Assembly: GCA_973895155.1 (NCBI GenBank)
Contig: OZ316894.1
Location: 2,310,457-2,374,456, forward strand
Length of the DNA: 64,000 nucleotides
Reading direction: 5' to 3'
From: Marsupella aquatica
Lineage: Eukaryota > Plantae > Marchantiophyta
The notes under the pieces are model-generated. The model worked only from the letters and a program-made list of their open reading frames with translations, was not told where the DNA came from and did no database searches. How positions within the stretch are numbered: the first letter of the stretch is position 1; each line of letters begins with the position of its first letter. A program made the position numbers and the translations under genes. This document shows, piece after piece, positions 49,155 to 63,099 of this stretch.

Positions 49155-51050
49155 ATGGAGCAGCAAAGCAGTGTCAATGATGAACTGTATTTCCGTCATC
49201 ACCCTTTCACGAAACAGTTCACCGAGGCCGTGCATTGTCTTCTCATCTCCTGCTCCCGTCAGGTGGGTGGTTTGGGTTGCGTCTTGCAAGGGTCCAGCAG
49301 GACTGCTAGTCCCTTCAAGGGATGTAAGGAGTGAGTGGAATGGGGAGTCTTTTATGGAAGCTAAACTGGAGTGCCCAAGTAAGCTCAAATGTATAGACTT
49401 CTTGATTTTGTTGCAGGAAGTTTTGAGCTACTTTTCGCACTTTAATCCACGACAGCAGGATTTTCTCTACAAGGTCTTCACACTTGTAAGTCTCCATCCA
49501 TTCCCCGAGAACCTGTTTACTGAAGCCTTTGACCTTTCCTTCAAATTTCTTACCCTGAGATTATCGAGTCTGTCTTTTAAGACGCTTCCCCCCCCGCCTT
49601 ATCATGAAAATTATTAGAACAGGATTGTTTACGTGCGAGAATTCTTCTTGTGCGGCACGAACTTGGTACTACGAAGCTGACGCGGTGTTGGATGTGAGTG
49701 ACAGACTGTGACGCAGATTTATGAAAATTGTGTGGTAAGCAATGCTAACTCTCATCCCTGCTGTTAGGTTACTCTGTTCTGAGAGGAAGTTTTATCTTCC
49801 TTTCTCGCATTTTGTAATTATCCCTGAACGAATGAATCGCCTGAGTTTCGTCCAGTACTCGATCTTTCCTGAATGCTTGTGCAGCTACTGAGACACGGGT
49901 TATTCATTGATTGTGGTAACTAGTTAGGCTGAAAGGTGCAACTATCACGCCACCAATTTAACACTAAGCACTAAACACGTCTATTCTTCTTTTCCAATTT
50001 AAAAGGAAAATGGTTGAATGTGGAGAAATCGTTGGATTCTGTTTGTGACTAAGAGTAGTGATATGTCAGACAGTGTTTGTGACCTACAGTTTCCAGTTAA
50101 AATAAGGAGACTTTGACATTCCCGGGCTCTGTCATTCATGCAGGCTGAGTTTCGGTCTATCTGCAAGAAAACACAGGTAGGACTCTCTACAAGTACTCCT
50201 CAAGTTGCTGCTTCTTCCAAATCGCTGCTGTACAATCAATGGCAGATGACAGAGGGTCGTGGGATTTAGACGAAGCTGAAGGGATTGATCCATCCTGTCG
50301 TCTGACCAACGTGGATTTATGTTTTGCGCAGGTCTTGGAGGCTCTTGACCACGTCAACAGCGAGGAATTCCTTCTTCCAGTAGATATCAGGTGATTGTCC
50401 ACCAGGAGCGGTCCTGCAATTCAATATGAGGGGTGGATGAGTGCAGGGTGCAGTTTCTTTGTGTTTATTTGTGATGATGGAATATTCCGAATGAATTGGA
50501 TTCAGGGACTCAATTTCTCCCAGAGACGTTGTTCGAGAGGTTGCTGTCAAGAGAAAGCAGGAAGAATTGGCTCTTCTGAAGCAAACACTGCAGAAGGTAG
50601 TCTATTGCTGTCCTCAGTTGTTGGTGGAGATCGTTTTCTCGCCTTTGTTTTGTACTTTCCCTAACAATAGCTTGCTCCCCATTTCCCGTCAAAAAGTCTC
50701 AAAGACTGCTCTGAATGACTGGTGTAGACCGAAGAAGAAAATAGCTCACTTGCAACTCACCTGGAGGGACTTCGAGAAAAGGTCAATGAAGCTAAAGACT
50801 TGGTATCTGTTGATGCAGTCATCGAGAAGGTATGAAGTGATTCTAAAGTGCAAGAGTTCCTTTTTATGAGTTCCGTAATCAATACACAATTGTTCCTGGA
50901 AGTGTCGTGAACAATTACTTACTTGGCCTCTCGTGGACAACGCAGATCAGGAATATCAGCTTGAAGCTGGAAAAAGTTATCAGCGGAGATACCATTTCCA
51001 GTAGAAACTTGCGAAAGTACCCACACGCCTCAACTAACTTTGTAATTTAA
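49155..51050 (+). CDS. NNF1: Kinetochore MIS12-complex subunit NNF1/PMF1 homolog, ~198 aa, 8 exons
   Basis: Exons: 49155-49262, 49417-49485, 49705-49734, 50144-50176, 50332-50390, 50506-50596, 50728-50829, 50946-51050; all are GT-AG and phase-compatible. The protein reads ...LLISCSRQEVLSYFSHFNPRQQDFLYKVFTLTVTQIYENCVAEFRSICKKTQVLEALDHV... followed by a coiled coil. This resembles plant NNF1 (EFxxIC.xTQV..xLD). Confidence 0.8.
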
Positions 51051-53091
51051 GTGCTCTTTTAAAAACATTGTAAATAAATCATGGATACCTTTTGGCTCTT
51101 GCCCACATTGCAAGTTTGAGAGTGCCTACTGGCCCTTGCTTTTATTTTAAGGTTTTAAGAAAACCTCAAGTTGCACACCAGCTCGAGGGGAAACTCTAGG
51201 GTTCTTTATTTTTTAATATGATCTAAATCTAAACTAAAGCTGCTACTGCTAATTGAGACACTAAGGTCAGCATGGGCCCAAACTAAGGCCCCAGAAACAG
51301 AAGTGGAGCAATGCAATGGGGGTAACCAACGAGAGGTCAACAATGCTAAATGCATCCCTAAATCTTTTAGGTAACTACTGTAGAGTTTGTAGTACCACGA
51401 CAACTAAGACAGTGAAGTGGATAATCGAAGTAGTGTAGCCGGGGTTGAATGGTAAAGAAAGGTAGAGGTGGAACCTATGGTCTCCGTTGTTGAAAAAAGC
51501 CACAAAGCTACTCTGAAACATCCAACATGGCTTGAAACAGAATCTGGTTGGTTAATGGGTGAGATGGGCTACAGGGGCCGCGATTATTGGTTCTGTGAAT
51601 GTTACTTCCTTGAGAATTTCATGCCCATAGATTATCTCCACAATTAGAGAACTAGTGAAACCTCGTTTTCTTAACCACCTGAGTTGCTCTTCTTAATCGT
51701 GAATCTATTTCGGTCTTCAATGGGCCTGTTGACAAGTACTACATCTGATAGTAGATTGCCTTCGGGTGCTGGATTTTTAATATCTGTTTGGTTCGCTCTT
51801 TGTACACTAAACCCCTGTTCCATGCAGGAAGAGAGTAGAGCCGAAGTAAAGTAGAATGATCTGTTTGGTAGGAAATCGAACGTTAGACCTGTTGAGGTTC
51901 GCAACTACTGAAGGTATTTTGAAAAGGGAGCACCAGTTGTAGACTTGGAAATGATGTTTTCTACAGCTTTATGGATTGAAGAAGGTACCCAAACGCTGTT
52001 CTGTTCTATTAGCCTACATTATGATCTGCGATCACTACCATATATAACACTATTCTAGGTAATCGCATGTGGTGGACCATATATCCTTTTTGGTGCCAGA
52101 TGCGCCTTGTTTTTCTTATGGACTTCCCAATTTGCATGTTATGTTATGTGATATTATAATTATAATGGTAAAGAACAGTTTGGTCTACAATTGGAAAAAA
52201 AAAGAGTTTGGTGTTCATATGAAATACTTTTCAAGGCAAAGGAGTTAGCTCTCCACAAAATTATTTTAATCTTAGAGATTACATGTTGCTCAGTAGGGCC
52301 CTAGCCCGTTATAGTTCTTTGGCAGGCTTTTGGATCTCTGGGCTTGTTGGCTCTTCAGTCTTCCCACTTGTTTTCCCTCCTTTATTGGGCGTCTCACCTT
52401 TGGGATCCTGTCTCCCCGTAAGGCACCTTGTGCTCTTTGCAATTTTTTTATATACATTGCAGTAGTGGCGTATCCTTTCCAAATACCATCATTGGTACGA
52501 ATTTTGAGCGCATGGAATGTTGGGCTATAGGAAGTGTGAGTGAAGGAGTTTCTTTTGTCATTCTTTATTGTATAAAAAGCACAAACCACACCTTGCCTAG
52601 GAGTCAGTTCTTGTCAGATTATCATGAGCTGCTTCTTTATTTTGCAAATAACCAGTTTTGGCTCTCAGTGGCTTTTCTCAACAATGGGTGTCAGGTGCTC
52701 TACAACAGAATCAGGTGTTCACTAGCTTCCCTCAGGCCAAGGTGGTTGGTTTTATGGCTTCAGTCTAGTCAAATTCCTCTCCTATGTGTAGTTGATCTAC
52801 AAGAGGATCAGGTATTCCCTATCTTTCCTATTGACAAGACGATTGGTTTTATGGCTTCAGTCTAATCAAATTCCTCTCCCCATGCCACTAATCCATAGCC
52901 CCAACAAGCTTTTCAGTATGCTGCTCAGTAAGGCACTAGTTCTTGTTTGTTGGCCATTGTTTGGGACTCTTGGGCTGGCTTCTGGCTCTCTGGTCTTCCA
53001 CAAATTTCCTTTGTTTTCCTCCCTTTATTGGGTTTCTTGCCTTTGGGATTGAACTGTCAAACAACTCAGTGTGACAATCTTAATTGTTTAT

Positions 53092-54248
53092 TTTATTTGC
53101 GGACCCCGTGAGGAGTCTCTTGCAAAATTCCTAGCATGTGGTTGCACCACATCAGCACTTTTTGCCACAACTACAAACAATAATATTTGCAGTGACAAAC
53201 AAACATGTCCATTCATGTTAAACCTGGGAGAAGTAAAAACTTAATAAAATAGAAACATAACATGTCCAATAACAAACAGTAACCACTTGTAACCGTTTTA
53301 TTTACTTTTTGAATGGTAATGAAGAATTTCTTTGTATCTAATTGATTTACTTAACAAACAACAATGCCTAACTCTAGCCGTTCGATCTGACAGATCAACA
53401 AAAACAATCAATCAATTGCTAACAAAGTGGACGGTGGACGATGGTGCACAACCGTCACAAGAAAAGGTGCATGTAGTCTGCACGTTGTTGGATTTCTTAG
53501 ATCCACAAATGAGATCAAATGTTGATAATTAATGGTAGCAACACTTTAGAAAAATGATACTTTAAGTTAGTTAGTTGTTCTCTTGTGGTTTTCATGATGT
53601 AGTTTCAATGCTTCTAGAGTACGTTAGCATCCTAAGATGCATCAAAATAGTTTTTTAGCCATAATTTTGTCTCAAGCCTGTTTGGACTGACTTTTTATGA
53701 TGCTACCCTCCCTTTACCTACTTAATACATAAATTGAGAAAAGTGGATTTCCCAAAACTTTGTGATGACCCTCATCAAACCAATCAGATGAAAGTGATTG
53801 AAGGGAATGAAACAAAAAAAGACATGAGATAGGATTGGGGACCAAGAAAACAGATGGAAGGTTGGGTGGGCAAGAGGAAGAAAAATTTGGGGTTGCAACA
53901 TAGGTTTAATAAATACAATATAATTCTCTCATTCAACCGCTAACAACAGCCCAAGAGTAAACATGATCACGGCATAATTTTTGGACCAACCTCTTGCTTG
54001 TCAAGCTATTCTTGAACTTGGGTGTGACCTCATCTTGATGGTTTTAGGAAATGTTTGGCTTGAAGTGCCACCGGATCACATCAAGGCCTTCGTAATAAGG
54101 TACCAAAAAGGTCTACTCAGTTTGCATCTGTGGTATAATAAAGGGTGATGCTTGAGCTAGAGTGAAAAATGAGCTTCAATAACCTTTGTGTGAAAACATG
54201 TATTAGTTTAGTCACAAGCATAAAAGCACGGGTCCACCATCTAATATT
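53092..54248. mobile_element. Second putative member of the GGACCCC-ended TIR element family
   Basis: Left end TTTATTTGCGGACCCCGTGAGGAGTCTCTTGCAAAATT; right end GGGTCCACCATCTAATA at ~54230-54246. Confidence 0.4.
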
Positions 54249-54899
54249 ACATTGAGCCATAATGTGCAAAATGTATTCTAGGACCTCTCCAAGAAAACCA
54301 ACAAGGTCCAGAGAATGTTACAAAAATTATATTTTCCATCAAAAGATCAATTTGCATATACCCACTTCTACAAACATCAGCTTTATCACATGCGACACGT
54401 GGCAAGCTATTTCCATGTAAGTACAGCTGGGAGGGTTTCATTGCTGACAAGTGTTCTGTTTAGCTATTTGAAGAGGTAGCCTTAATAACTAGTTGAGGAG
54501 ACTAGCAATGACCTTTTTCAATGTGCGGAGCGCAAGGGAAAGTCTTTAATTAAGTGGAGGTTATCAAATAGAACTCGTGACAGGACATAGGCTACTAGTA
54601 GCTCCAGTCTTGATTGGGTATGCAAAATTGTTGTCAAGGCCAGAGTAACTCCAATGAGAATATCTGCAAGACAACACAAGGCAGATCATCAAAATGTTGT
54701 CACATGACTCTCTTCGTGATCAGGCTATTCCCTCGGCTATTCCTTATAGAGAATTTTTGATGCCACAGCTTCTGCTTGCCATGCAACTGGTATTTACTAT
54801 GATGGAATCAAAACCCGACTTAATGTTTTCGCAACATAGCAAACAGAAACAGGTAATCCTTTGATGCTTTCGAATACTTTCCTTGAAAATGTTTTTAGT

Positions 54900-57800
54900 T
54901 TATAAAATAAGAGCGACAAAAACCCCGTGGCAGGGGAGAAACAATCAGACCAATCACAGCCACCGATTAAGACATCACCAATGAGGGGGCAGCAAGCAGA
55001 GCCAAGGAAAACTGATAATCACATCCCAATCAACCCAGGTGACCTCACCCGAGTACAGCAAAAACTACACTGAAGTAACGTCCACCACCAACTGCCTAAA
55101 AGAGTACCCACACTCCAATTCTTTGGATCAACCGGAGGAAATCCACAAATTGTGGCTATGTAAGCATGCAATTCTTTTCTGATTAATGAGTTCTTTCACC
55201 CGTAGCAGTCTAGTGTGTCGTCGCCCAGGGGCAAACACAGGCCAACAGCTGTCACATGATCAGCAGCTTCTGATAAAATAAATATCAGATCAAATTTCCT
55301 GTAGCCGTTGGGTTGAAACATCTGTGCAAACCCAACCACAAAGACCAGAGTATCTGATAGAAAACAAATACTTGTGTCACCCTGCCATGGTCTTTTCTCA
55401 TAATCAATTCCTTCATCTCCAGTAACTTATCACAATAGTCCACAAATGTGGATGGAAGCAACTAGCCCCCAAGGCCCACCATCTCCTAGCATGCACACAT
55501 TGAGCAAAAAGGTGAGGGATTGTTTCAATAACCCTGGTGCACAACTTGTAGTCACCATCTCCTTTGCCAATACGAACTGCTCTCGCTCCAGTGAAGAGCC
55601 CAAATGCCAATATCCTCCATATGAACGTCTTGGCACATGACGATAAGTCTGAACACCATAGACAAGTCCAGCTGGAGTTCCGCTTCTGTTTTGTTACTGC
55701 CCCATGTATGATTTGGCTTACCATGGTCTCCTATTGAGGGGTGCAGAAGAATATATGCCCTCCATTGTTGATCTTTAAGACTTTCAGGGCATCAAGCCAT
55801 GCTAGTCCACCCAACACCAACAACAAGATTTGGGCACAAAATCCTTGTTGCAACCTTCAGTTTCCCTGATCTTCTCCAAAAAACCTCTGCAACAGTCCTT
55901 CTCTCGTAGGGTGAAACCTCTGAGTTGCTCAATTTTGTCATCCATGTTGCGCCATTCATTCGAATCCCCAGACCACGGGTCTTGAATGCAGTGAATGCCC
56001 ATCCTACCACACAATACAGTGACCACCGTGTAGTCCTCATTGGGCCACGCCTACAGGCCCTTTCGGCAGCAGAGAGTATCATTTACAATCTATCTCCCGG
56101 GCATAGATGTTGGGATAGAAGTAGTAGGCAAAAAGATCAGGTGTGCCCGACATTAATTAATCCAGGCTTCCACAGCCCACCAGTGTATGCTAATCCATTA
56201 GAAAAACAAGGACAGCATAAGCGCATTTTTATCTTGGAAAGAGTACCGATTCCTACGAATCATCTTCAAGTTCACCCATCCAACTAGTCTCAAATTTTCA
56301 GTAAACAGTCTTGCCCAATGCCCAAGTAAACCACTTAGATAAAAGAGCACCCAAATGGCAACGGAAGTCCTTGAGTCCCCAATCGTCCTCCACTCTATGT
56401 CGAGCCATCCTTGCCCATGAAACCAGAGGAGGACTCCCAGACCTCCTCCACTCTATGTCGAGCCATCCTTGCCCATGAAACCAGTGGTACACATTTTCCT
56501 CCCTCTGGATTGTAACCCCACAGGAAATCTCTGCGGAGCGCTATCAGTTTCTTAGCCAACCCTTTTGAGGCTTTTAGAAACATGGAGTGATAAATTGGAA
56601 TGGCCTAAAGTACGTGACATACAAGTAGGATTTGTCCTGAAGATGATAGCATTTTGTTAGCCCAGATGAGAGCCGTGCTCCAATCTTATCCGGAACAAAC
56701 CGGTACAGTTGATCTATCCAATATTTCACATTTGATTCGAAATATCCCACTTGCCTGTGGGGTTGAAAGGTCCACAACCAAGACAAGTTTGCATACATAG
56801 ATGCTGGTAATGACAATCAAAAAGCATTGCTACATCAGTAAGTTAAACAGCCTCAGTTATTTCTAAGACGGGTAGGTATTGATAATGGGTCAAAAATTCC
56901 ATCATACCCTCCATTGGCACAGGAAATGCTCATCTAAACGGATCACAATGCATACTTGATTCATGAAGTTTGAAGGAATATACAACAAGAGAGATTAGTG
57001 ATGCAACAAATAAATTAGAAACTCTGTTCTATCATCCAAATTCTTGGGTGTTATCACATCGCTATCGACTATCAAAACCAAGTTGCATGCCACAACAATG
57101 TTGGAATCCGTATTAAATTGATGGTTAATCCTGACATTTGTGCAAACCAAGCTTGAGGCTATGGCCTGTAATTATTTTCCGCTGATGCTGAAAACCCTTC
57201 TGAATTTGCTGATTATGCGGCTTGTGTTGCTGTTGCAGCCAGTGATGGTTCCACTCTAATAGTTGCAAGGTAGACATCAACATTGTCAAAATCTCACCAT
57301 CTAGGCTTGTGCACCAACTACAAAGTTTGGCAAAATAATGACACCGCGGCTAAGTACCGACTTCCACGAGGAGACTAATTGATAACTTGAACAGCTTGTA
57401 GCCTGGCTAATTCCAAGTGCTCCATACTTCCTCCTCAAACCTCCAACACCTCCGGCACAAGCATGAGTAATCCATGCTTAGCAAACTAACTTTCTTCAGA
57501 GAGATCTAAAGGTATCTGACAACACTTGTCTTAGAATGCTGCTATGGTCGTCACACCTAGATTTGGATAAAGGAGTTTGTCATTAACCTCTAAAAATTAA
57601 GCACCCTATAGATATAAAATTTGTAGCATGCATCCTACATTCCTGAAGCCCCAGCCTATCTGAATTCCTTCACTCCAGCCGGACAGAAAAATTGAAGGGC
57701 TCCAATAGGTTGGTACTCCAACACAAAGACAAGTTGTATACCATTGGTAATTGATAGCTTCAAGGTCCTACTAAGGTCTGTTTTCCTTTCCTGAATGGCT

Positions 57801-59650
57801 GATATTGACGATCTCATCAACTTGATGCAAACCAACAATTGGTCTTAAAATCATTACATCAAGAATTCAAGGCCCTCCACTCTTCATATATTTGCGGGAT
57901 TCATGTATCATCTTTCAGTATGTATTTGGCCAAAGTAAGCATGGGTAAAATACAATGAGGTTACAAAAGGAGCCTGTCTTGAGAGAGAATACACAAATCA
58001 GATCTAAGGACCAAGCTTCGGTCAAATGGTCTCCATTCATGAAAATTCATGTTAAAAGGATTTTGATATTATATGCTCAAGATTTACTTTACCTGTAGAA
58101 CAAATGGGCTTGGACATTCCGTGTTGTGGAGGGAGTGCATTGTTGAGGAAGGGATGCAGCACAAGCTACATTGAAGTCTGCCAACAGGGTTTAGGCTTTA
58201 GGAACAGACCAAAGCAGAGCTCTGCCTGCTGCTGGCAGTCCCGGAAATCCAGGTTGACTCAGGCAAGGCTCTAACCATTGGTGCGAGGTCTCACTCCCCT
58301 GCTATTCAGAATCTCCTCCACCGGATGCCTAAGTCAAATCAAGTACCAAGTAAGCAGCTGTTGGACCCAAAATTGCAGAGCACTTCACTCTATTTGATGG
58401 CAGAAACTTTGAGGCTAGTACAAGAAGCTAGTCCACTGATACAAGAGACCGAGTTGGTGGACAGGTAACAATTTAATAAGTAATGGAAAATTCCTTTTTG
58501 AGTCATGGTTTACTCATGAAAAGCAAAGAGAATGGTTGTTACTAACCTGGTCTCAGGCACCTTTTTTGGAAATTGGTCACAAGGGGGTGAAGAGGCCACG
58601 CCCTCATCTTCAAAGAGATCAATTGGTTTCACATTAGGAAGAGAATTGTTCACTAGGTATGCCCGGTCCATCACCTTTGTCAGATGGGAGTCCAACACAA
58701 CACCAATCGGGCCTACAGGACACTGGGTTGTCACAACCATGGCTGTATCTATTGTGCACCCCCACCCAAAGTTGTGCAATTGATTGCAAGACGACATCAA
58801 TGACAGTCCTCACTTCTCTTTGAGAAATGCCTACCTCTTTCTGGATAGTGAGAGCTCTCTCAGGTGAGGCCTCCTGCAAAGTCTTCCGCTATTTCGCAAG
58901 GCCCCAAGACAATGCAAACGACTACGTACAGGTGCTCTTCATAGTTGGATTAATGGTTTAGCACTAGTACGATCCAAAGTGCTCCAAAAGTGCACCAGGA
59001 AGTTTTTGCCATGAGCCTCCGACATCCGAGTATTAGGAGAACTTCAGCTCGTCCATCTTACCACAGAAGTGATCCACAATGTCATTCCAAAGAGTTCTTC
59101 AATGTGGAAACCACCATCCAATCTTGAGGTCACAAGGTCTGGGGTTTAGGGCCCACACCTTCTACTGCACCTGAATTTCCATAAATCCTTGCAACTTCAA
59201 ACTGAGCATGGTGCATTAGTCTGTAAGGTTTAAGGGCTACAACAAGCCTTCAATCACAATGCGCCTCTCAGGTCCCAGAAATCCTTGACAAATTCATCTA
59301 AGTTGCTGTACCATGAAATGATTACAGAGGGAGACAACCCCTGTCAAAACCTCGCTAATCCCCACACTTGACACATCGCACATTAGGGTTCAAGATGAAG
59401 ATTCTCAGTGGTCCATCTGCATCCGTAGAAAAACCCCAACATGCCATATTGGCGGAAAATCCCAGAGTGACACTCCGAATAGCTTTTGACTACGGTAGGC
59501 CATGAGTTAAAAATGAGCTGACATGCAACGTTCACAGAGAACTGCATAGCTCACCAATGCATCACTCAATCATGCGGTCCAACCCCTCATTCTATGGGGG
59601 AAGAAAGCAGGACCACGGAAGGAATTAAAAAAAACAGGTCTCCTCAAGCT
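54900..59650 (-). mobile_element. Degenerate L1/Tx1-clade LINE retrotransposon
   Basis: The post-RT region DKIGARLSSWANKMLSSSGQ..AIPIYHSMFLKASKGLAKKLIALRRDFLWG..LVSW..GLKDF..ALLSKW (frameshifted) lies at ~56300-56700. The zf-RVT-like FIWRI..GLFTG..LCTRVIETIPHLFAQCVHARRWW lies at ~55470-55640. Many stops and frameshifts are present. ORF1/endonuclease relics are upstream; the 5' boundary is approximate. Confidence 0.85.
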
Positions 59651-61901
59651 CTACGCTTTGGAACAATAGAATGCCTTCCAAATCATCATTGACCCTCAAC
59701 CAGACAGACCTCCAATGCCAATCCCAGATTTCTCAATCATGCAGACTCCCCAATTCTTTGGAAAAGCAAGCAAGAGTAAAATTGGTTAACCAAGCAACAG
59801 TCCCATGTAGGGAATTAAAAAACAGATCTCCTGTGGCTCTTCACCTATGAACAATAAGACGTCTTCCAAATCGTCACTGCCTCATGTTGTCCACTCCCTA
59901 ATATTTTGGGGAAGCAAGCAGCAGCAGTTGCAAGGAGGGAACTAAAAAAACAGATCTCTTGAGGCTCTTTGCCTCTGACCATGAAGTATATGTCTTCCAA
60001 ATTCCCAAGAAGAGGGGAGCTGACCATTAAAAAAAACTCAATTTTGGTCAAGTAAATTAAATCTATTATTTTATGATTGAAATAGATCTAATAATTTTGG
60101 AATTGGAATTTGAGTTTATCTACGATCACATGTAAATGCCAGTGCTCAAATGAGCAGGAGATGTGGCTGCAATAACAATCAATTAAGTACTGTAGCCCTC
60201 ATTACGGTGTGCAATTGCTCCATTGCTTCCAATCACCAAAGTTCATCACCCCAGTTTCATACCTCAGGCTAAGTATTGACATCATATGTGCTCTTGTTTA
60301 GATTTAACTTTATACTTATATAAATCCATCTAAAAATGTATCAATTAAGAACTCACTTCGATCATGGCCCATTGCTCAACCAGTATTGAAGAACTGTTAG
60401 CCAAAGAATAAAAACTGCTAGACCAGACTAATCTCTGCATGCTACGCTCCGAGTTGCTAAATTAAGGTGTCTTTGTTTACTGTATGATTGATTGTGGAAA
60501 CAACTCAAACTGCCTTGATCATGTCCAATCACATAAATCACTATTGAAAAACTGTTTGAGAAAAACAAATTAAAAACTGTTTGACCAGTCTAGTCCGATC
60601 ACGAGTCTTCCTCACAAAGGCATGGAATGATATATGCATGGCAGCAGCTTGATGTCATATTTACTGCCATTGTGGGCCCTCCCCTTGCCTTCCCGCCACA
60701 CCTGGCCCGCCCACAGGGCCCAGCCTGCAATGCCCCCTTTGTTGTGGTGGGGCTTACCACGGAAGACCCGGAAGAAGTACAGGCCCACTGGAGACTGGCT
60801 CAACCCCAGGGGCCTCACTGCATAAGCTTAAAAGGTAGTCTTTTTTTAGGTTGCCGTATATAACAAACATTACATGTCAAAAAGCAAGTTCCCTGGTTAT
60901 TGGGGTTTTTAGTATCTCCTGACAAATTTACCCTTGGATGCTAATCATTGGATCTTGGACAGTCAATTGGCTATAGAGTGGCTCATATACAAACCCATTA
61001 ACCAAAAAACAGATTAAGGTCAGAAATGAATAGGGTTAGAGTAACCCATTGGGGTTGCCTTCTTTGTTGAACCTTACTGGGTTTGGTCAACATAGCATCA
61101 TAGTAAATCAACCCAGCAGGAGATGCTCCAAGGCGAGATTTTTTTTGTGGGTAACAATGCTCTAACATAAGAATTAAATTACTTTTTACTCCTAACTTTT
61201 CCCAAATATTTTTGAGAAATTCTATAATTCTTCTAATTCTCACAATCAGATTAAAATACTCCTAATGCTCTTCCACATAAATTTATATGTCTTCCACTAA
61301 ACCCAATAATAAAACTCTTTATTTATTTGTGCATGATGGGCAGTAAGAAGAAAATAAGTGAGGACCTTGGGGGCTCAACAGATTGGAGGATGGATAGTCA
61401 CGGCTCTCAAATGGAAAGGTCTCTTTGGTGTGCTTTTCCGGACCTTAAGTCAATTACGTTGCCTCTTTTAACAAGCCTTGTAATTCACAACACACAATGA
61501 GTCGTCACTAATTATTGTATATTGTCACACCATTATGACTAGTAGGATAGCACATCATGCCATTTAGGTTTAGGGCTTTACATGTGTGCTATGTAAGTAG
61601 TTAGGGTTTGGTGTGTGAGGGTTAGTTATCCCTTTGTGTCGGCTTGAAAGGTCATCTTTTGCTGTCAAGCCTTTAAGCACAAGTTTTGGCGGTGATGGTG
61701 TGGCTAGTGTTGAGCAAATGACTGACACTCATAAGACAACATGTACATGTGCAAATCCAACACACACACAAGTAGTCAATGTTGGAGATATGTGATTCAT
61801 CATACCAAAGGCTATGTCCACAGGAACACACAAGGTAGATTTATTGAACTCTAACTTTGTTGGCCATATTGAGTGCTCCATATTGAGTGCATATAGTAGT
61901 A

Positions 61902-62283
61902 CACTGTTCACCGTAATTAGTGTTATGCAAGAATTAGTGTTAATACAAAATTAGTGTTACTAACACTAATTTTGGTAAAAATGATTTTGAGTCCAAGTAA
62001 CACTAATTTTTATCGGTTTTCAAAATGAATTTTTTTCAGTTTAGTTTAAATTGCTTGTAAAAAATGGATGATCTCTAGTCCAAAGTAACACTAATTGTTG
62101 TGGATTTTTTAAAATAGTTTTTTCCTTTGTGTTTTGCCACTTTTAAGACCATAGTAACACTAATTCATGTGTGCGAATATAGTGTTAGCACAAAATTAGT
62201 GTGACTAACACTAATTCACGAGTAGACCCTGAAAATGGGCGCTCTCGAATCAGTGTTAGTCACACTAATTACGGTGAACAGTG
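61902..62283. mobile_element. Tc1/mariner (pogo-like) MITE, 382 bp, perfect 21-bp TIRs, TA target duplication
   Basis: TA|CACTGTTCACCGTAATTAGTG ... CACTAATTACGGTGAACAGTG|TA, with about ten internal AATTAGTGTTA/TAACACTAATT motifs. Confidence 0.92.
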
Positions 62284-63099
62284 TAGCACATCTGAACGTA
62301 ACCAAGTACTTGATTATGGAATGATTCATTATGGTTACATTAACTTTAGACCTTAGAGTAGATGCTTAACAAGTAGCAGGTTGTATGTGTATAATGAGGA
62401 TTCCTTGAAGCAGGATACATGTGCATTTGGTTTGCCATATAAATGGGATGAGATTGAGTATTCAACATTGGTTGTTCAAATGTGAAAAGGATTATTGTGT
62501 GTTAATTTTGTACATGTGTGTACACAAGTTACATATGTATTACATTCTCTTGTGTTTGTGATGTAAGATTGTGCCTATATGTGTGACAAAGGATGTATAT
62601 TTGGTAATGATTTCTAAGGGCATGACAGCCTCCTCTCTCTTAGTGCACAATCTCAAGAAGAGACTGGAACCCTCAAAGAAAGAGTTTGAACTACATGTGC
62701 TTGAACCTACTTGCAGTGTTTGATAAGCGCACTATTGACAGTTGTGCCCTTATTTAAATGCTACAATGACCTCATGCTTCTTCAGAGTATACCCTATTGC
62801 ATAAGTGCAAAGATATACACTGACAAAAGTGCCGGCAATTATGGATAACATTTGTGTACCATTAACCATTCTTCTCGATAAATATGTATCTGCACTCTTG
62901 TGTATATTTTGCACTTAAATATTTGTATGCACTAATGTTCTGTTGCAGAGCATTGTGGGATATAATGTCCCCAAGAAGGAGAGCTACTCAAGTTAATGCT
63001 CTGAAAGCGGTACCTGATAATTGATACACCTACTGTACATGCCTGAGAGATTTTCAGTAAAAGTAGAATCTTACTATGTGATCTCTCCGAATGCAGACA

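Noticed and set aside
61560-61625. Interstitial telomeric repeat (TTTAGG/TTAGGG)
   Set aside because: Only 2-3 scattered imperfect units are present, which is compatible with chance.
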